Part shown: piece by piece, positions 25,404 through 36,972 of the stretch | Layout of the letters: each line of letters begins with the position of its first letter | How positions within the stretch are numbered: the first letter of the stretch is position 1 | DNA from: Ascoidea asiatica JCM 7603 | Taxonomy: Eukaryota > Fungi > Ascomycota | Assembly: GCA_001600695.1 (NCBI GenBank) | Contig: BCKQ01000005.1 | Span: 859,820 to 923,819, forward strand | Length of the DNA stretch: 64,000 nt | Direction of reading: 5' to 3' | Made by a program: the position numbers and the translations under genes | Notes under the pieces: model-generated | Databases searched by the model: none | What the model was told of the DNA's origin: nothing | Seen by the model: only the letters and a program-made list of their open reading frames with translations

Positions 25404-26127
25404 GGTGGTAGTGGCACTAGTACTAGTATTAGTACTAGTAGTAGAACTGTTATTGATATTTTTTGAAAAAATTTGAATTAAAAGGTTTGAAATAAATTTA
25501 GAAGATTGAGCAATTGGAAAACAATTTTGATATTGAATAAACATTAATTGTTCAAAGAATAATTTTTTAAAACTTAAATTTGGATCTTTTAAGAAAATAA
25601 TTAAATTAATTGAATCTAAGATTGAATAATTTTTAATAAAGAAATTTAAAGGATTAAAAGAAAAACCAGATTTTATATAAATTTCATTATTTATTTCATT
25701 ATTATTTTCACCATTTATATTATTATTATTATTACTAATTGTTGATATATTTGTATCAGCGGTTAAGTTTATATTATTAATATTATTAATATTATTTGAA
25801 TCAGCGGTTAAATTATTAATATTATTACTCATAATATTTGAAGAGAAATCATTTGTGAGAGTTTTAGAGATTATTGAAAGTAATTTTTTAATAAGTAAAT
25901 TATGAGAATCAAGAGATAAATCGAAATTTAAATTATTTAAATAATTATTAATATTTATGAAAGTTATTGATAAATCATTTAATTTTAAAAGTAAATGATT
26001 ATTTGAGTTACTATTGTTATTGGTATTGTTATTGGTATTTGAAGATGGATTTGGATTTGAAGGCGTATTTGAGATATTTGAATTGATTGAAGTATTTAAA
26101 GGATTTAAAGTAGGTTGTTGATTGTTG

Positions 26128-26159
<32 letters not shown>

Positions 26160-26876
26160 TGAAGATGTTGAAGTTATTGAATTTTTCTTTTTATCATAAT
26201 TGATTGTAATTAAAGTATTAAAAAAACCAATTTCTTTAATTTTTAAAAAAATTATAATTAAATAATTTATATAAAAATTTTTTTTATTTAATAGATTAGT
26301 ATAATTTGAAGAATTTGAAGAAATTATTGAAGTTAATTGATTTGATAAATTTTGAATTGAATTAAATAATCTATATAAAATTTTATTAATTAAATCAATT
26401 GATAAAGTTAATAATTTTAAATCATTTGTATATAATCTTTGAGAAATAATATCAAAAATATTTAAATTTTTTATAATTGAAATTAAAAATGGATCAAAAG
26501 AATTAATTTTTAAATTTTTTGGTAAATTACCATTTAAAAAAAATAAAGAAATTTTTAAAATTGATTTAAAAGTTTCAGTTGAAATATTATTTGAAATTAA
26601 ATTAAATAAATTTAAAAAAATTAAATTATCAAATAATTTATTAAATAAATTATCAGATTGTGGTAAAATTTCTAAGATTTTATTTAAAACTATAATTGCA
26701 TTAACTTTTTCTTGTTTATCATTATTTGATAATATATGAAATTTTAAATCATTAATATAATTTATTGAAGAAATTTCATCTAATTTATTTGAATTTGGTA
26801 ATGGATTTTGTAATAAAGATGTTGATTGTATAAAATCAGCAATATGATGATTAATTGATCTTGTATCTTCCACCAT
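23649..26876 (-). CDS. LMO1: ELMO-family protein (Dck1/Lmo1 GEF subunit) with poly-Asn/Thr insertions
   Basis: ELMO-like core (FKKLFFEQL...FPIAQSS, RIWKDANAELDDF) and a C-terminal PH region (FVKEQRVLQLTKGSWVY, WLDGLKLL). Confidence 0.8.
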
Positions 26877-26877
26877 T

Positions 26878-26975
26878 ATGATATATTAGATATTAGATAT
26901 GATATTAGATATGATATTAGATATGATATTAGATATGATATATTAGATATGATATATGATATATTAGATATTATA
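26878..26975. repeat. 12-bp tandem repeat (ATATTAGATATG)n abutting the LMO1 start codon
   Basis: Directly visible; several perfect copies followed by degenerate ones. Confidence 0.9.
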
Positions 26976-27786
26976 TATGAGATAATATGATATATGAAGA
27001 TTGATAGAAAAGAATGTAAATAATACAGTATATGAATAACAAATGAATGAAATGAATAAATATAACTGACAGGAAGACAGATGACAATTGATATAAGAAA
27101 TGGATAATGTTTATCGTATCATATAAAGAATCATATTACTTATCATATCTAAAATTGATTAGTATTATTAATATATATTAGCTTCTTCTTCTTCTGCTTC
27201 TTCTTCTTCTTCTTCTTTTACTCTTTTACTCTTTTTAAGATATTTTATTTTTTATTATACAGTATTACCATATCGAATATCGTTTGATTATTTCAGTTTC
27301 TGGTACTGTCGCAGTATCGGCAGAAATAACTTCAAGCTATTTCTGTTACCAGTGCCAGTGTTGAGTGAGCCTATTGTTGAGCAGATCTAAGCTCCAGCGC
27401 ACGAGAGACAAGCAACAGTCGCAGCAGTAACCCGCCCACCGCAACCAGCGCCGGGCGCGTCCAGCTGAGAGCAGTTCTGGCAAAGTCTCGTCGCAGAGCA
27501 CCCCTTTGGCTGTGTTCGGTGCTCGCGTTCGGTGCTCGCGCTGTTCTCGCCCGTTTCCCAGAGGACCACTGCAATGGGACACTTTCCATGCTGTCTGTTA
27601 CTGAGCACCGGCTACCTCGCAGTACTTCTCATACCACACGGACTTGTTTTTTCAAAAAGACATCCGGCTCAGGATCTGAATATAATTATATTATCGTTGC
27701 ACCGCGGATTTCAGGATAACTCAGATATACTACTACTTACTGTATTGCATTGTATTGTATTGTAGTAATATAAGCTTATTTACTTA

Positions 27787-28594
27787 CTAATATGGTAATT
27801 GATTAATAAATTTCAAATATTGATCTTCAAGATATAAATTGATATCAATAACTTTTTTAAAGAGCAATTCTTGTTTAGATCATATCAGAACAGAATAATG
27901 TTTAAAGAGAAAAAACCTTATACTATCTATCATCTTCGGAATGTAAAAGTATCTTTAGAAAATAGGTTCAAAAATGTCACTTATTTTAGATTCTATTCCT
28001 AAAATGTATATATCTTCTTTGATTCTTCATCAACTCAACAAGCTGAGAACTTTCATTAGAATTTTCATTATTGGACGAAATATTATTAAAGTCATTAGAT
28101 TCTTCAACATGTTGATTTTCTAAATCAATTCCAGAACTATCTTTGGTATTACTAATTTGACAATTATGAATAAACTTAGTATAAATTATTAATAAAAAAA
28201 ATAAAATCTCGGTATAATAATAAAATTATCTTTTTTATTCTCAAGATATTTAATTCCTGCTGCAGGAATTCCATCAACTAATATTATATTTCTAAAAGAA
28301 TCATAATCATCACTTTTTTTAAACCATTCAAACATCATTGGGGATGTTGAATATGGGGGCATAGTAATTATACTAATCCATTTATATCTCAAAAATTTAT
28401 TACCACTATTAATATTAATAATATTTTTATTTTTATTTAAATAAATTAAAAAGTTATTCAATTTTTTATTTTTATTATATTTAAAAAATTTCATAAAAAA
28501 TTTAATTTTATAAATATATAAAATTATAAAATAAATTGAAAATGGTAAAAAACCTTTTTAGTAGTGGAACAAAAATTTCTTCTGGTGAATCCAT
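27787..28594 (-). pseudogene. Frameshifted/nonsense-disrupted ORF relic, weakly F-box-like N-terminus
   Basis: MDSPEEIFVPLLKRF then a +1 shift in a T-run into the 101-aa ORF (28494-28189). Further coding-like segments (IYTKFIHNCQISNTKDSSGIDLENQHVEE..., IKEDIYILGIESKISDIFEPIF*RYFYIPK...) are separated by shifts and stops. Confidence 0.5.
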
Positions 28595-29659
28595 CTTTTA
28601 CATATATTATTAATTTATTAATATATTTCAATAAGTTAAATAAAATCATCATTTAAAGCATATCAGTGGAGTTTATATACAAATTTCACTATTCCTTACT
28701 AAATTTAGAACAATCCAAACCTATTCATAAATTGAAATAAGCAAATTATTAACTTACTAGAAAAAAAGCAATCAAACAAAAAACAAAATGGCAATCTTCT
28801 TTAGATTACTTAATATTGCTAAAAATTTTCTCTAAACCTTATTTAAAAACTTGTCAAACTGCAATTGCTATTAATTCCATAATTGCTCCATCCAATAAAG
28901 TCTGTAATAAAGAATTGAGATTATTAATCCTTAATTTAAATATCATCAAAATTGGATATCTTTACGAACGAAAAGCAAATTGAAATAAGATTTCAAAACC
29001 AGTAAAGGACCACAGATAAACTAATTGAAATTTTTATTATTCAACGAATTCAATGATTTTCATCTTTTAATCCAACTTAGATTTGATGGCTCTTTTGGAG
29101 AATAAAAAGGGTTTCAAAACAATATCAACAATAAGATTAAATTCACTGCAACTCATCAAACTTTGGACTTTCTTGGTTAGTGTTTATACAAGTACAGATA
29201 ATAGGCTACGTGATTTATAGGAGAAAAATACACATGAAAATTCCCATAAGTGAAATATTTATTTTAAAACATTTTAATATCACGTGACCACGCATGATAT
29301 TTATTTCCTAACTTTTCCTAACTTTTTCAGGTTAGGATAGGAAAATTTAATTTAATAGCCTAAATCCAAACGATTGCCGACTTGTTTTATCTTCCCGATC
29401 AGCTTTACAGTTGAAATTGAAAATGGATCTAAAGAACTAATTTTTGAGAAGTTACTATACCCAAACCAAAAATTGCTTATTTAAGATGACTTTAAGTTCC
29501 AACTAAAAAGGTTTTGAAACTGTAATATATTTTGCTTTATATAATAAATATATATTACTTATCTATATTATTGAAATAAAATTGAGTAAGTCTCTTGAAA
29601 ACACATAGGAGATGACTTCAATCAAAAGAATATTTTAAAAAGTTCAAGTTTAACTGATA

Positions 29660-29700
29660 ATCCAATATCCAATATCCAATATCCAATATCCAGAATCCAA
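29660..29700. repeat. 7-bp tandem repeat (TCCAATA)n
   Basis: 4 perfect plus 1-2 degenerate copies. Confidence 0.8.
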
Positions 29701-30121
29701 AATTTCAAAACTTCAAAACTTCAAAATTATGAAGGTTGGAAGATATTTAAAAATCTTTACTTTCAATGTTATGGTCAAATCCTGAATTGTAAGCTACTTC
29801 TGCAACTCTCTCCATATTCATCAATTTGGAATTGACTCTAAATAATTATGAATCCTGTATAATTTCCATAAGTGAATAACTATCTGATCTGATCAACTCT
29901 TCATTTACTTCCCATGAACTTTATCTTATTTATCATTATTCGATAAAATAAGAAATCAAGAGACCCAGACGTGTGGACTCATATATATCACCTGATCGGA
30001 AATATAATAATTGATTGAATATAATTAGAAATGGAAACAAATATAGTAATAAATAAGATATAAAAGATAAAAATAATTTAATTGATATGATAATAATAGT
30101 AATCAATTATAATTAGCTAAA

Positions 30122-31381
30122 ATGAGTAAAAATAAACAACAAAGAATATTAGATATTGAGAATATCGACGAAGTTTTAACATCTTTAGAATTATCAAATC
30201 CATCTTCATTATCAGAACTTAATCCAAATTCAAATCCAGATTCAAATATTGAAAAAAATTTAATAATATGTAATTGTAATGGTGTTAAACATCCTTTAAA
30301 TCAATTAACTCCAAATTGTTTAAATTGTGGTAAGATAATTTGTATAAAAGAATTAAAAAATAATTTAAATATTTGTACTTTTTGTAAAAAGCCTTTAATC
30401 TCCTTAGATGAAAAATTAAATTTAACTAATTATCTAATTAATGAAAAGAAAAACTTAATTGAATTAAATAATTTCAAATCAAATAATTTTGTAGACAATA
30501 ATAATAATAATAATAATAATAACAGTAAAAAGAAAAAAAACTTTAAATTAAATTTCAATTCAAATGTTTATAAAGAACAAGATAAAATTTTCAAAAAAAT
30601 TGAAAATGATAGAAAAATTAATTCAATCAATTCAATTAATGAAAATTTAGATAAAGCAAATAAAAATTTAAATAATTTACTTAATTATCAGAATAATTCT
30701 GAAAAAAGAACTAAAATTATTGATCAAGTATCTGATTTTAATATAAATAGTATCAATGATATAAATAATGATAATGATAATAATTTAAATTCGAATTGGA
30801 ATAATTCAACTTTATCAATGAATGAAAAAATTCTTCTATTAAAAAAAAATCAAAAATTTAAAAATAATCAAAAAATTTTATTAAATAAAAATTTAAGGAA
30901 AAAAAATGCAATTGAGATTTCAATTAAAAATGGTAAAGTTTTAATGAAACAAAAAAATTCATCTTTATCTTCATCAACTTTAAAGCCTGATTCTAATTCA
31001 GATTCAGATTCAGATTCAGATTCAGATTCAGATTTTGATTTTTATAATGAAGATAATGAAGATGATGAATTAAATGATGAAATTAAAAATCTTGAAGAAA
31101 AAGTTAATCGCGAAAAAAAATTAAATTTAAACAATTTATCTTCAAAATCTTGGGATTATAAAAAAGATCAATTGAATTGGAATTTAAAGAAAAAAGATTA
31201 TAAAAATTACTTATTCAATTCAAGTGATCAATTCAATAATAATAACTTGAATGAAACTCCAAAGATTAACTTTAAAAGATTACAAATTGATAATGATAAT
31301 GATGATGATAATGATATATCTAATAATAAATCTAATAAAGATAATGAACAATTGGAAAATATAATATTAAACTCTTTTTAA
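30122..31381 (+). CDS. RQT4: C2HC5 zinc-finger protein, RQC-trigger complex subunit (ASC-1/TRIP4 homolog)
   Basis: CNCNGVKHPL...PNCLNCGKIIC...CTFC; LLNYQ...RTKIIDQVSDF. Confidence 0.85.
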   Translation: MSKNKQQRILDIENIDEVLTSLELSNPSSLSELNPNSNPDSNIEKNLIICNCNGVKHPLNQLTPNCLNCGKIICIKELKNNLNICTFCKKPLISLDEKLNLTNYLINEKKNLIELNNFKSNNFVDNNNNNNNNNSKKKKNFKLNFNSNVYKEQDKIFKKIENDRKINSINSINENLDKANKNLNNLLNYQNNSEKRTKIIDQVSDFNINSINDINNDNDNNLNSNWNNSTLSMNEKILLLKKNQKFKNNQKILLNKNLRKKNAIEISIKNGKVLMKQKNSSLSSSTLKPDSNSDSDSDSDSDSDFDFYNEDNEDDELNDEIKNLEEKVNREKKLNLNNLSSKSWDYKKDQLNWNLKKKDYKNYLFNSSDQFNNNNLNETPKINFKRLQIDNDNDDDNDISNNKSNKDNEQLENIILNSF

Positions 31382-31435
31382 TCTTTAAATACAATATAAA
31401 CCATAAATATATAACATATACAAGATAATATAGTA

Positions 31436-34400
31436 TTAATTAGAATTTTTCATTTTTTCTTCCATAATCTTATCTTCTTTGCTTTTCATACCATTAATTG
31501 TTTCCCAAATAATTTGTCCAGAATTTCCATACCCTGGTAAATTACTACATTTATCTCGAAAGTAATCAATATCTTTCATCATTATATTTTTTTCAATATC
31601 ATCTTTAAATTTAACTTTAGTATATTCTTCAATAACTTTTTTCTTATAATTATCAAAAATTTTTGATAATATAAATGAATATTGTAATTCAGATAAATTT
31701 TTAACTAAAACTCTTGCAATTGTACTAATATCTTTGACTAAAATTTCCATATATTTATGACAAATTTTTGGTAATATTATTGGTTCACTCCAATTGACTT
31801 CTTCAATTTCTTTAACTCTTGCAATAATTCTATCATTCATTATTGATATTAATTTATTAAAAATTTCTGTTTGATGTTTCTTTAAAATTTCAATTGTTTT
31901 ATTAATTTCTTCATTAATTCCTTTTTCATTGATATCATTTAATTCCTTGCTTTCTTTATTTTCTTCATTACCTTTTTCTTCTATATTTTCATTTTTCTCA
32001 TTCTTTTCATTACTTTTATTTTCAATTCCATCTATACTATTTTTTTTACCATTTCCATTAATATTCTCAATTGTTGTAGAATTTTTACCAAACTCAAAAT
32101 TTACTGGTTTTTCAATTTTTTTATCATTATTGAAATTTGGATTTAGTCTATTGAAACTTTTTTTAATTATTGGTAATAATCCCATCAAAAAATCAAGTGA
32201 TTGAGAACAAATTGCTAAATGTTTGACAGTAATATGTTTTAGTGATGATGTTCTTGTTGCTCCTGCTCCTAGAACTGAATTTTTACTTTTATTATTAATC
32301 ATTATAATTAAATCTAATAAATTTGTTTCATAATTTTTTTGAAATTGTGGAAATTTACTCATTAATAATATATAATCTTTAACTGCTTCTAATACATCAA
32401 TAATAAAATATGGTATTATATATTCTTTATCATTTATAATTAATGTATTTCCAGCTTGTTCTTTTTTGATTATTTTTTTCTCTTCTATTTTTTCTCCTTC
32501 ATTTATTTCTTTATTTTCTTCTTTGCCATCAGATTTATCTTCATTATTTTCACTTTTTGAATTGGTTTCAATTATTGGTGATTCATTATTTTTACTATTT
32601 TCACTTATGAAACTTGAAGTTTCATCAATATTTGATAAAATTGAATTATTTTCATTAATTCGATTAAATTCTTTTCTTAAATCAACAGAATCTTGCCATT
32701 TCTGAGGTTCTTTATCACCAGATTCAATTATTTCATCAAGAAGATTTTGAAACGTTGATGCATGTTTATAATCTTTCCAATTCTCTTTATCGATTTTTAA
32801 ACCAATTCTACTTATACAATTCTTATGAAATAAAAGTCCGTATTGATTAACATGTTTATCAAGTATATTTTTCAAATAGTTTTGTTTCATTGAACCTGAA
32901 ATATTAATATTTTCACATTCAACTAAAAAATAATAATTTAATAAATAAAATCTTGAAAAAAACTCAACAGAAGTTTGAACATTTAAATCTTGTCTAATAG
33001 TAATAATTTTTGCCATTCTTTTTTGAACCGTTAAAATACAATGTTCTATAGTTTTTGTAATATCTAATTTTATAATCAATTCACTAAAATTTTGTTCATT
33101 TTGAGAATCAATTGTATTCAAAGCAGTATCTAATAAAATTTTTTGATGTGATGTCAATCTTCTTAAACCTTCAGATAAATCACAATATATTTTAAATAAA
33201 ATTATCTCGAAATCTTTTGGAGTTAAAGATCTAATCGAATCAATTAATATTTGACTACCACTATTTTGTTGAATTTGATTTAAATTAATTTGACTTAAAC
33301 TTCTATTTCTATTATTCATTAAAGTTGTAGTTAGAGAAGCTGTTGAAGACATTCTTGAATTTGTAATTAAATTTAAATTTAAATTAGAATTAGAATTTGA
33401 ATTTGAATTTGAATTTGTACTTAAGTTTAAGTTTAAATGATTATTACTCCTATTACTACCTATTGAAGATACTGAATTTGTTTCAGAGCCTAAATTTGAA
33501 TTTGAATTTGATATAAAATTATCTTTTGAAGAAGGTAAATGATATTTTATAATATTTTTAAACTCAACAATTAATCTTTCTTCATAAGTTTTAAAGGCAA
33601 TTAAAATTTTATTACATTTAACAAGACCAAAAATATATTCATTTAAAATATTTCTAAAATTTATATTTAAGTTTAAATAATTTTTATTAATTTTTTTTTT
33701 ATTAGAATTTGTCTTATTTATAAAAGCAATACTTGAAGATTTTGAATGTCTTTTAATCATTGATAATTCTTTTGAAAAACTTTGAATAATTCTAAATAAA
33801 GTATCATCATAAGTTGTATTTTCATAATGATCTCTTAAATCAGTTATTAAAAAATCTAAAAATAAGTTTATATATGAATTACCAATTCTTTCAGTTAAAT
33901 TAGTTAAATCTTTTTTTAAAGGATTTAAAGAATTTAAATTATTTAAATTTAATAAATTATTTGAATTATTGAACTTTTTTAAAATATTAATTAAATTCAT
34001 AGGCCAAATTTTGATTTTTTCTTTATAATTTAAAATTGAAATTAAATCGCCAGAAATTAAAAATTTTATTAAATCTATTAAATTTAGAGAATTTAAAAAA
34101 TTTCCTTTAAAAAATAAAAAATCAATAGTTTTTTTTAAATTTAAAATTAATTGAATTTGATTAATTGAATATTGTAAATATTGAATATTATTTCTTTTAA
34201 TAATTTTTAATAAAATTTTTTTATTTTTTATAAAATTTAAATTTTTTAAATTTATTAATTTTTTTTCAATATTTTTCAGAATTTTTATTGAATCTTGAGA
34301 ATTTTTTGTAATTAAAGATAATTCATCTAAAGTATTAAAAAAAGAATCAGAAGATTTAGAAATTTCATTAATCAAATGAATTTCAATAATATCTAAATAC

Positions 34401-35593
34401 CAAGATAATTTTTCTTGTAATAGAGAATTATTTTCAAGATAAATTTCTGTTGCATTTGAATTATTATTACTATCATTATGATTATTATTATTATTATTAT
34501 CTGAAGAAGAGGAATTATTAATTGAAGAAGATAAAATTTTTGAATTTTCTATAACTTTATTAAAAATTCTTGGATTATCTAATCTAAAATTTTGTTGAAA
34601 GAATATTGAAGGTACATTTGATAAATCATTTGAAGTGTAATCATTATTTGTATTTATATTATTACTTATAGAATTATTAGTTGATTTATTATTTATATTA
34701 TTTATATTATTTGAATTATTTGAATTAATTGAAGATAAAGCATTTAAAGTTGATTGAGTTAATTTTCTATTATTTTCAAATTTATTAAATTCTAAATGAA
34801 TTGAATTTAAATAATTATCAAAAGATAAATTTTGTTTTTTATTAATTGGAGTTATATTTGATAATTTTACTCTTGGTATATCAAATTTTGAAGGAGAATT
34901 TAAATCAATTCTAAAATTATTATTAATTATAAATAAAGAATTTTTATTTTTATTTCTTTTTAAATCAGAATTTGAAATTAATTCAAAAATTGAATTTGGA
35001 CCTAATGGAGAAATTTTTGTTGAAGTTAAATTATTCATACCTAAATTATTTAAAGAAAAAGAATTATTAAAATTTATTGTATTTGAATCAAAACTTTGTC
35101 TATAAGAAGTTGAAATAAATGAAGAATTTGCAAAATCTCTATCATCATAAGTTGTATCATTATCATTTTCATTATTGGTAGTATTAATATTTGAGTTATT
35201 TAAATTTGAATTTAAATCTGAATCTATATATGAATCTAAATCAGAATCTGAATCAATTTTATTTTCTTTATCATCTTTATCATCCTTATCAATTGTATCA
35301 ATACTATTATCAATATTATTATTAATATTATTATTAATATTATTATCAATATTATTATCAATATTTTTCTTCTGCTGAAAATTAGAATCTGAATTATGAT
35401 TTGAATTAAGATTAGAACTATTATTTATATTCTCTTCACTATTACTTAATTTTTCATTTTGTTGTTGATTTTGATCATCTTTTGGTTTTTGATCTTTATC
35501 TTGATCATGATTTTCAGTTCCAGTTTCAATTTCATTTTCATTTTCATCGTCATCTTCTTCTTCTTCTTCAAGAACTATATTATCGTCATTCAT
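31436..35593 (-). CDS. VPS54: GARP complex subunit
   Basis: VPSIFFQQNFRLDNPRIF, LQEKLSWYLDIIEIHLINEISKSSDSFF, VLGAGATRTSSLKHITVKHLA. Confidence 0.95.
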   Translation of the reverse strand: MNDDNIVLEEEEEDDDENENEIETGTENHDQDKDQKPKDDQNQQQNEKLSNSEENINNSSNLNSNHNSDSNFQQKKNIDNNIDNNINNNINNNIDNSIDTIDKDDKDDKENKIDSDSDLDSYIDSDLNSNLNNSNINTTNNENDNDTTYDDRDFANSSFISTSYRQSFDSNTINFNNSFSLNNLGMNNLTSTKISPLGPNSIFELISNSDLKRNKNKNSLFIINNNFRIDLNSPSKFDIPRVKLSNITPINKKQNLSFDNYLNSIHLEFNKFENNRKLTQSTLNALSSINSNNSNNINNINNKSTNNSISNNINTNNDYTSNDLSNVPSIFFQQNFRLDNPRIFNKVIENSKILSSSINNSSSSDNNNNNNHNDSNNNSNATEIYLENNSLLQEKLSWYLDIIEIHLINEISKSSDSFFNTLDELSLITKNSQDSIKILKNIEKKLINLKNLNFIKNKKILLKIIKRNNIQYLQYSINQIQLILNLKKTIDFLFFKGNFLNSLNLIDLIKFLISGDLISILNYKEKIKIWPMNLINILKKFNNSNNLLNLNNLNSLNPLKKDLTNLTERIGNSYINLFLDFLITDLRDHYENTTYDDTLFRIIQSFSKELSMIKRHSKSSSIAFINKTNSNKKKINKNYLNLNINFRNILNEYIFGLVKCNKILIAFKTYEERLIVEFKNIIKYHLPSSKDNFISNSNSNLGSETNSVSSIGSNRSNNHLNLNLSTNSNSNSNSNSNLNLNLITNSRMSSTASLTTTLMNNRNRSLSQINLNQIQQNSGSQILIDSIRSLTPKDFEIILFKIYCDLSEGLRRLTSHQKILLDTALNTIDSQNEQNFSELIIKLDITKTIEHCILTVQKRMAKIITIRQDLNVQTSVEFFSRFYLLNYYFLVECENINISGSMKQNYLKNILDKHVNQYGLLFHKNCISRIGLKIDKENWKDYKHASTFQNLLDEIIESGDKEPQKWQDSVDLRKEFNRINENNSILSNIDETSSFISENSKNNESPIIETNSKSENNEDKSDGKEENKEINEGEKIEEKKIIKKEQAGNTLIINDKEYIIPYFIIDVLEAVKDYILLMSKFPQFQKNYETNLLDLIIMINNKSKNSVLGAGATRTSSLKHITVKHLAICSQSLDFLMGLLPIIKKSFNRLNPNFNNDKKIEKPVNFEFGKNSTTIENINGNGKKNSIDGIENKSNEKNEKNENIEEKGNEENKESKELNDINEKGINEEINKTIEILKKHQTEIFNKLISIMNDRIIARVKEIEEVNWSEPIILPKICHKYMEILVKDISTIARVLVKNLSELQYSFILSKIFDNYKKKVIEEYTKVKFKDDIEKNIMMKDIDYFRDKCSNLPGYGNSGQIIWETINGMKSKEDKIMEEKMKNSN

Positions 35594-35607
35594 AATTTAT
35601 ATATAAG

Positions 35608-35667
35608 ATTGATTAAGATTGAATGAGATTGAATGAGATTGATTGAAATTGAATGAAATTGATTGAT
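35608..35667. repeat. Degenerate (GATTGAATGA)-type tandem repeat upstream of VPS54
   Basis: Visible repeated GATTGA/AATTGA units. Confidence 0.65.
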
Positions 35668-36857
35668 ATCGACTAAAATTGAAATATTTGAGAAATGATT
35701 TCAATAAAGAAGAATTGAGAAAAGGAATACCAGTATTTGGAAACTGTAGTTTTTGGAATGAATTGAATAATAACCTTTATAATATAAATAGGGGCAGTTT
35801 CTTATATTCTATTCTATATTGTATTGTATTATATTGTATTATATCGTATTGGATTGGATTGAAGTGAAGGTGTTGTTGTCTCTGTTGCTTCTGGTTCGTG
35901 TGCTTCTTCTGGATCTGGCGAGTGCTGCATGTATCACGTATTTGTCACGGACTTATCACGTAGCCCTGCTAGGTGCACAGCCACTGGTACACAGCCATTA
36001 AAGCCACTAGTAGCACCCCCTTAAACCGGCGCAGTGTGGTTAGTTTTAACCCCGGGGTTGTTTGATTCACGTGCAGACCTCTGATGCTGGTGGCCGTGCT
36101 GACTAAGGCCTCCCGTGTTTCTGGCTTCTTTCCCTTTTTCTTATTTTTTTTCCTTTTTGTCTTGTTTTTCTTTTTCTTCTTTTTTTTTGTCCGGGTTTTG
36201 ATTTTTGCCCTTGTTTGCAGTTTGTTTGTTTGTTTGTTTGCCATTTTATTTTTATTTTTACCACTCTCAGCAGCTGAAATTTGGAAAATCAAAATAAAAA
36301 AATATTAAATTAATAATGAATGATAATAAAGCAAATAATTAATAATCTACATTACTTCACCAATTACTAAACCAAATACTAATTAAAAAAATTAAATAAT
36401 TAAATAATTAAACAGTTAAATAATTAAAACTCTGAGAAAGAGAAAAATGGTCTTTGTTTGAGTCTCTGATCACAGAATACGCTTCCAATTACTTATACTT
36501 TTCCATTATTCCATTACAAGTTCTTCTTAAAGAAAAAAAATAAATTTCATTTATTATCAATATCAATATCATTTTATAAATAATTTCATTTAATATCAGT
36601 AGACTCTATATCAAAATTCATTATAATTACAATTCATAATAGTTTCCTTTGTCTTTGCATTTATTCACTTTTACTTTTAAATAGAACAAACTCACATTTT
36701 TTTACCTTTCATTTTACCAATATTTTAAGATTTATTTCATATATAAACCCTTTATTATTTCATAATTTAATAATATTTAATAATAATTACTTATCTAATA
36801 ATATTTAATAATATTTAGTAAATATTTTATTCTTCTATTCTTTTACTCCCCTCCTAT

Positions 36858-36890
36858 TATATCATATCATATCATATCATATCATATCGT
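36858..36890. repeat. (ATATC)n microsatellite upstream of the RKM3-like gene
   Basis: About 6 tandem ATATC units. Confidence 0.85.
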
Positions 36891-36972
36891 ATTATATTAT
36901 ATTATACTATATTTTATCACTTATCATTTCATACCTTTTCATATATTATAATAACATATTCTTTAAAAAATT

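Noticed and set aside
27346-27765. Five overlapping short ORFs
   Set aside because: They are a by-product of the GC-rich promoter island (few stop codons); codon usage is unlike host genes.
29279-29400. Point-centromere-like layout: ATCACGTG (CDEI-like) about 95 bp before TGTTTTATCTTCCCGA (CDEIII-like)
   Set aside because: The spacer is about 30% GC, not the very AT-rich CDEII, and the CDEIII match is loose. CACGTG also occurs in other promoters here (about 6246, 14086, 36068, 48819), so an ordinary Cbf1 site is more likely. CENP-A ChIP or Hi-C would settle it.
35969-36308. Lys-rich and Phe-rich ORF pair
   Set aside because: Translations of a poly-T promoter tract; no coding signal.
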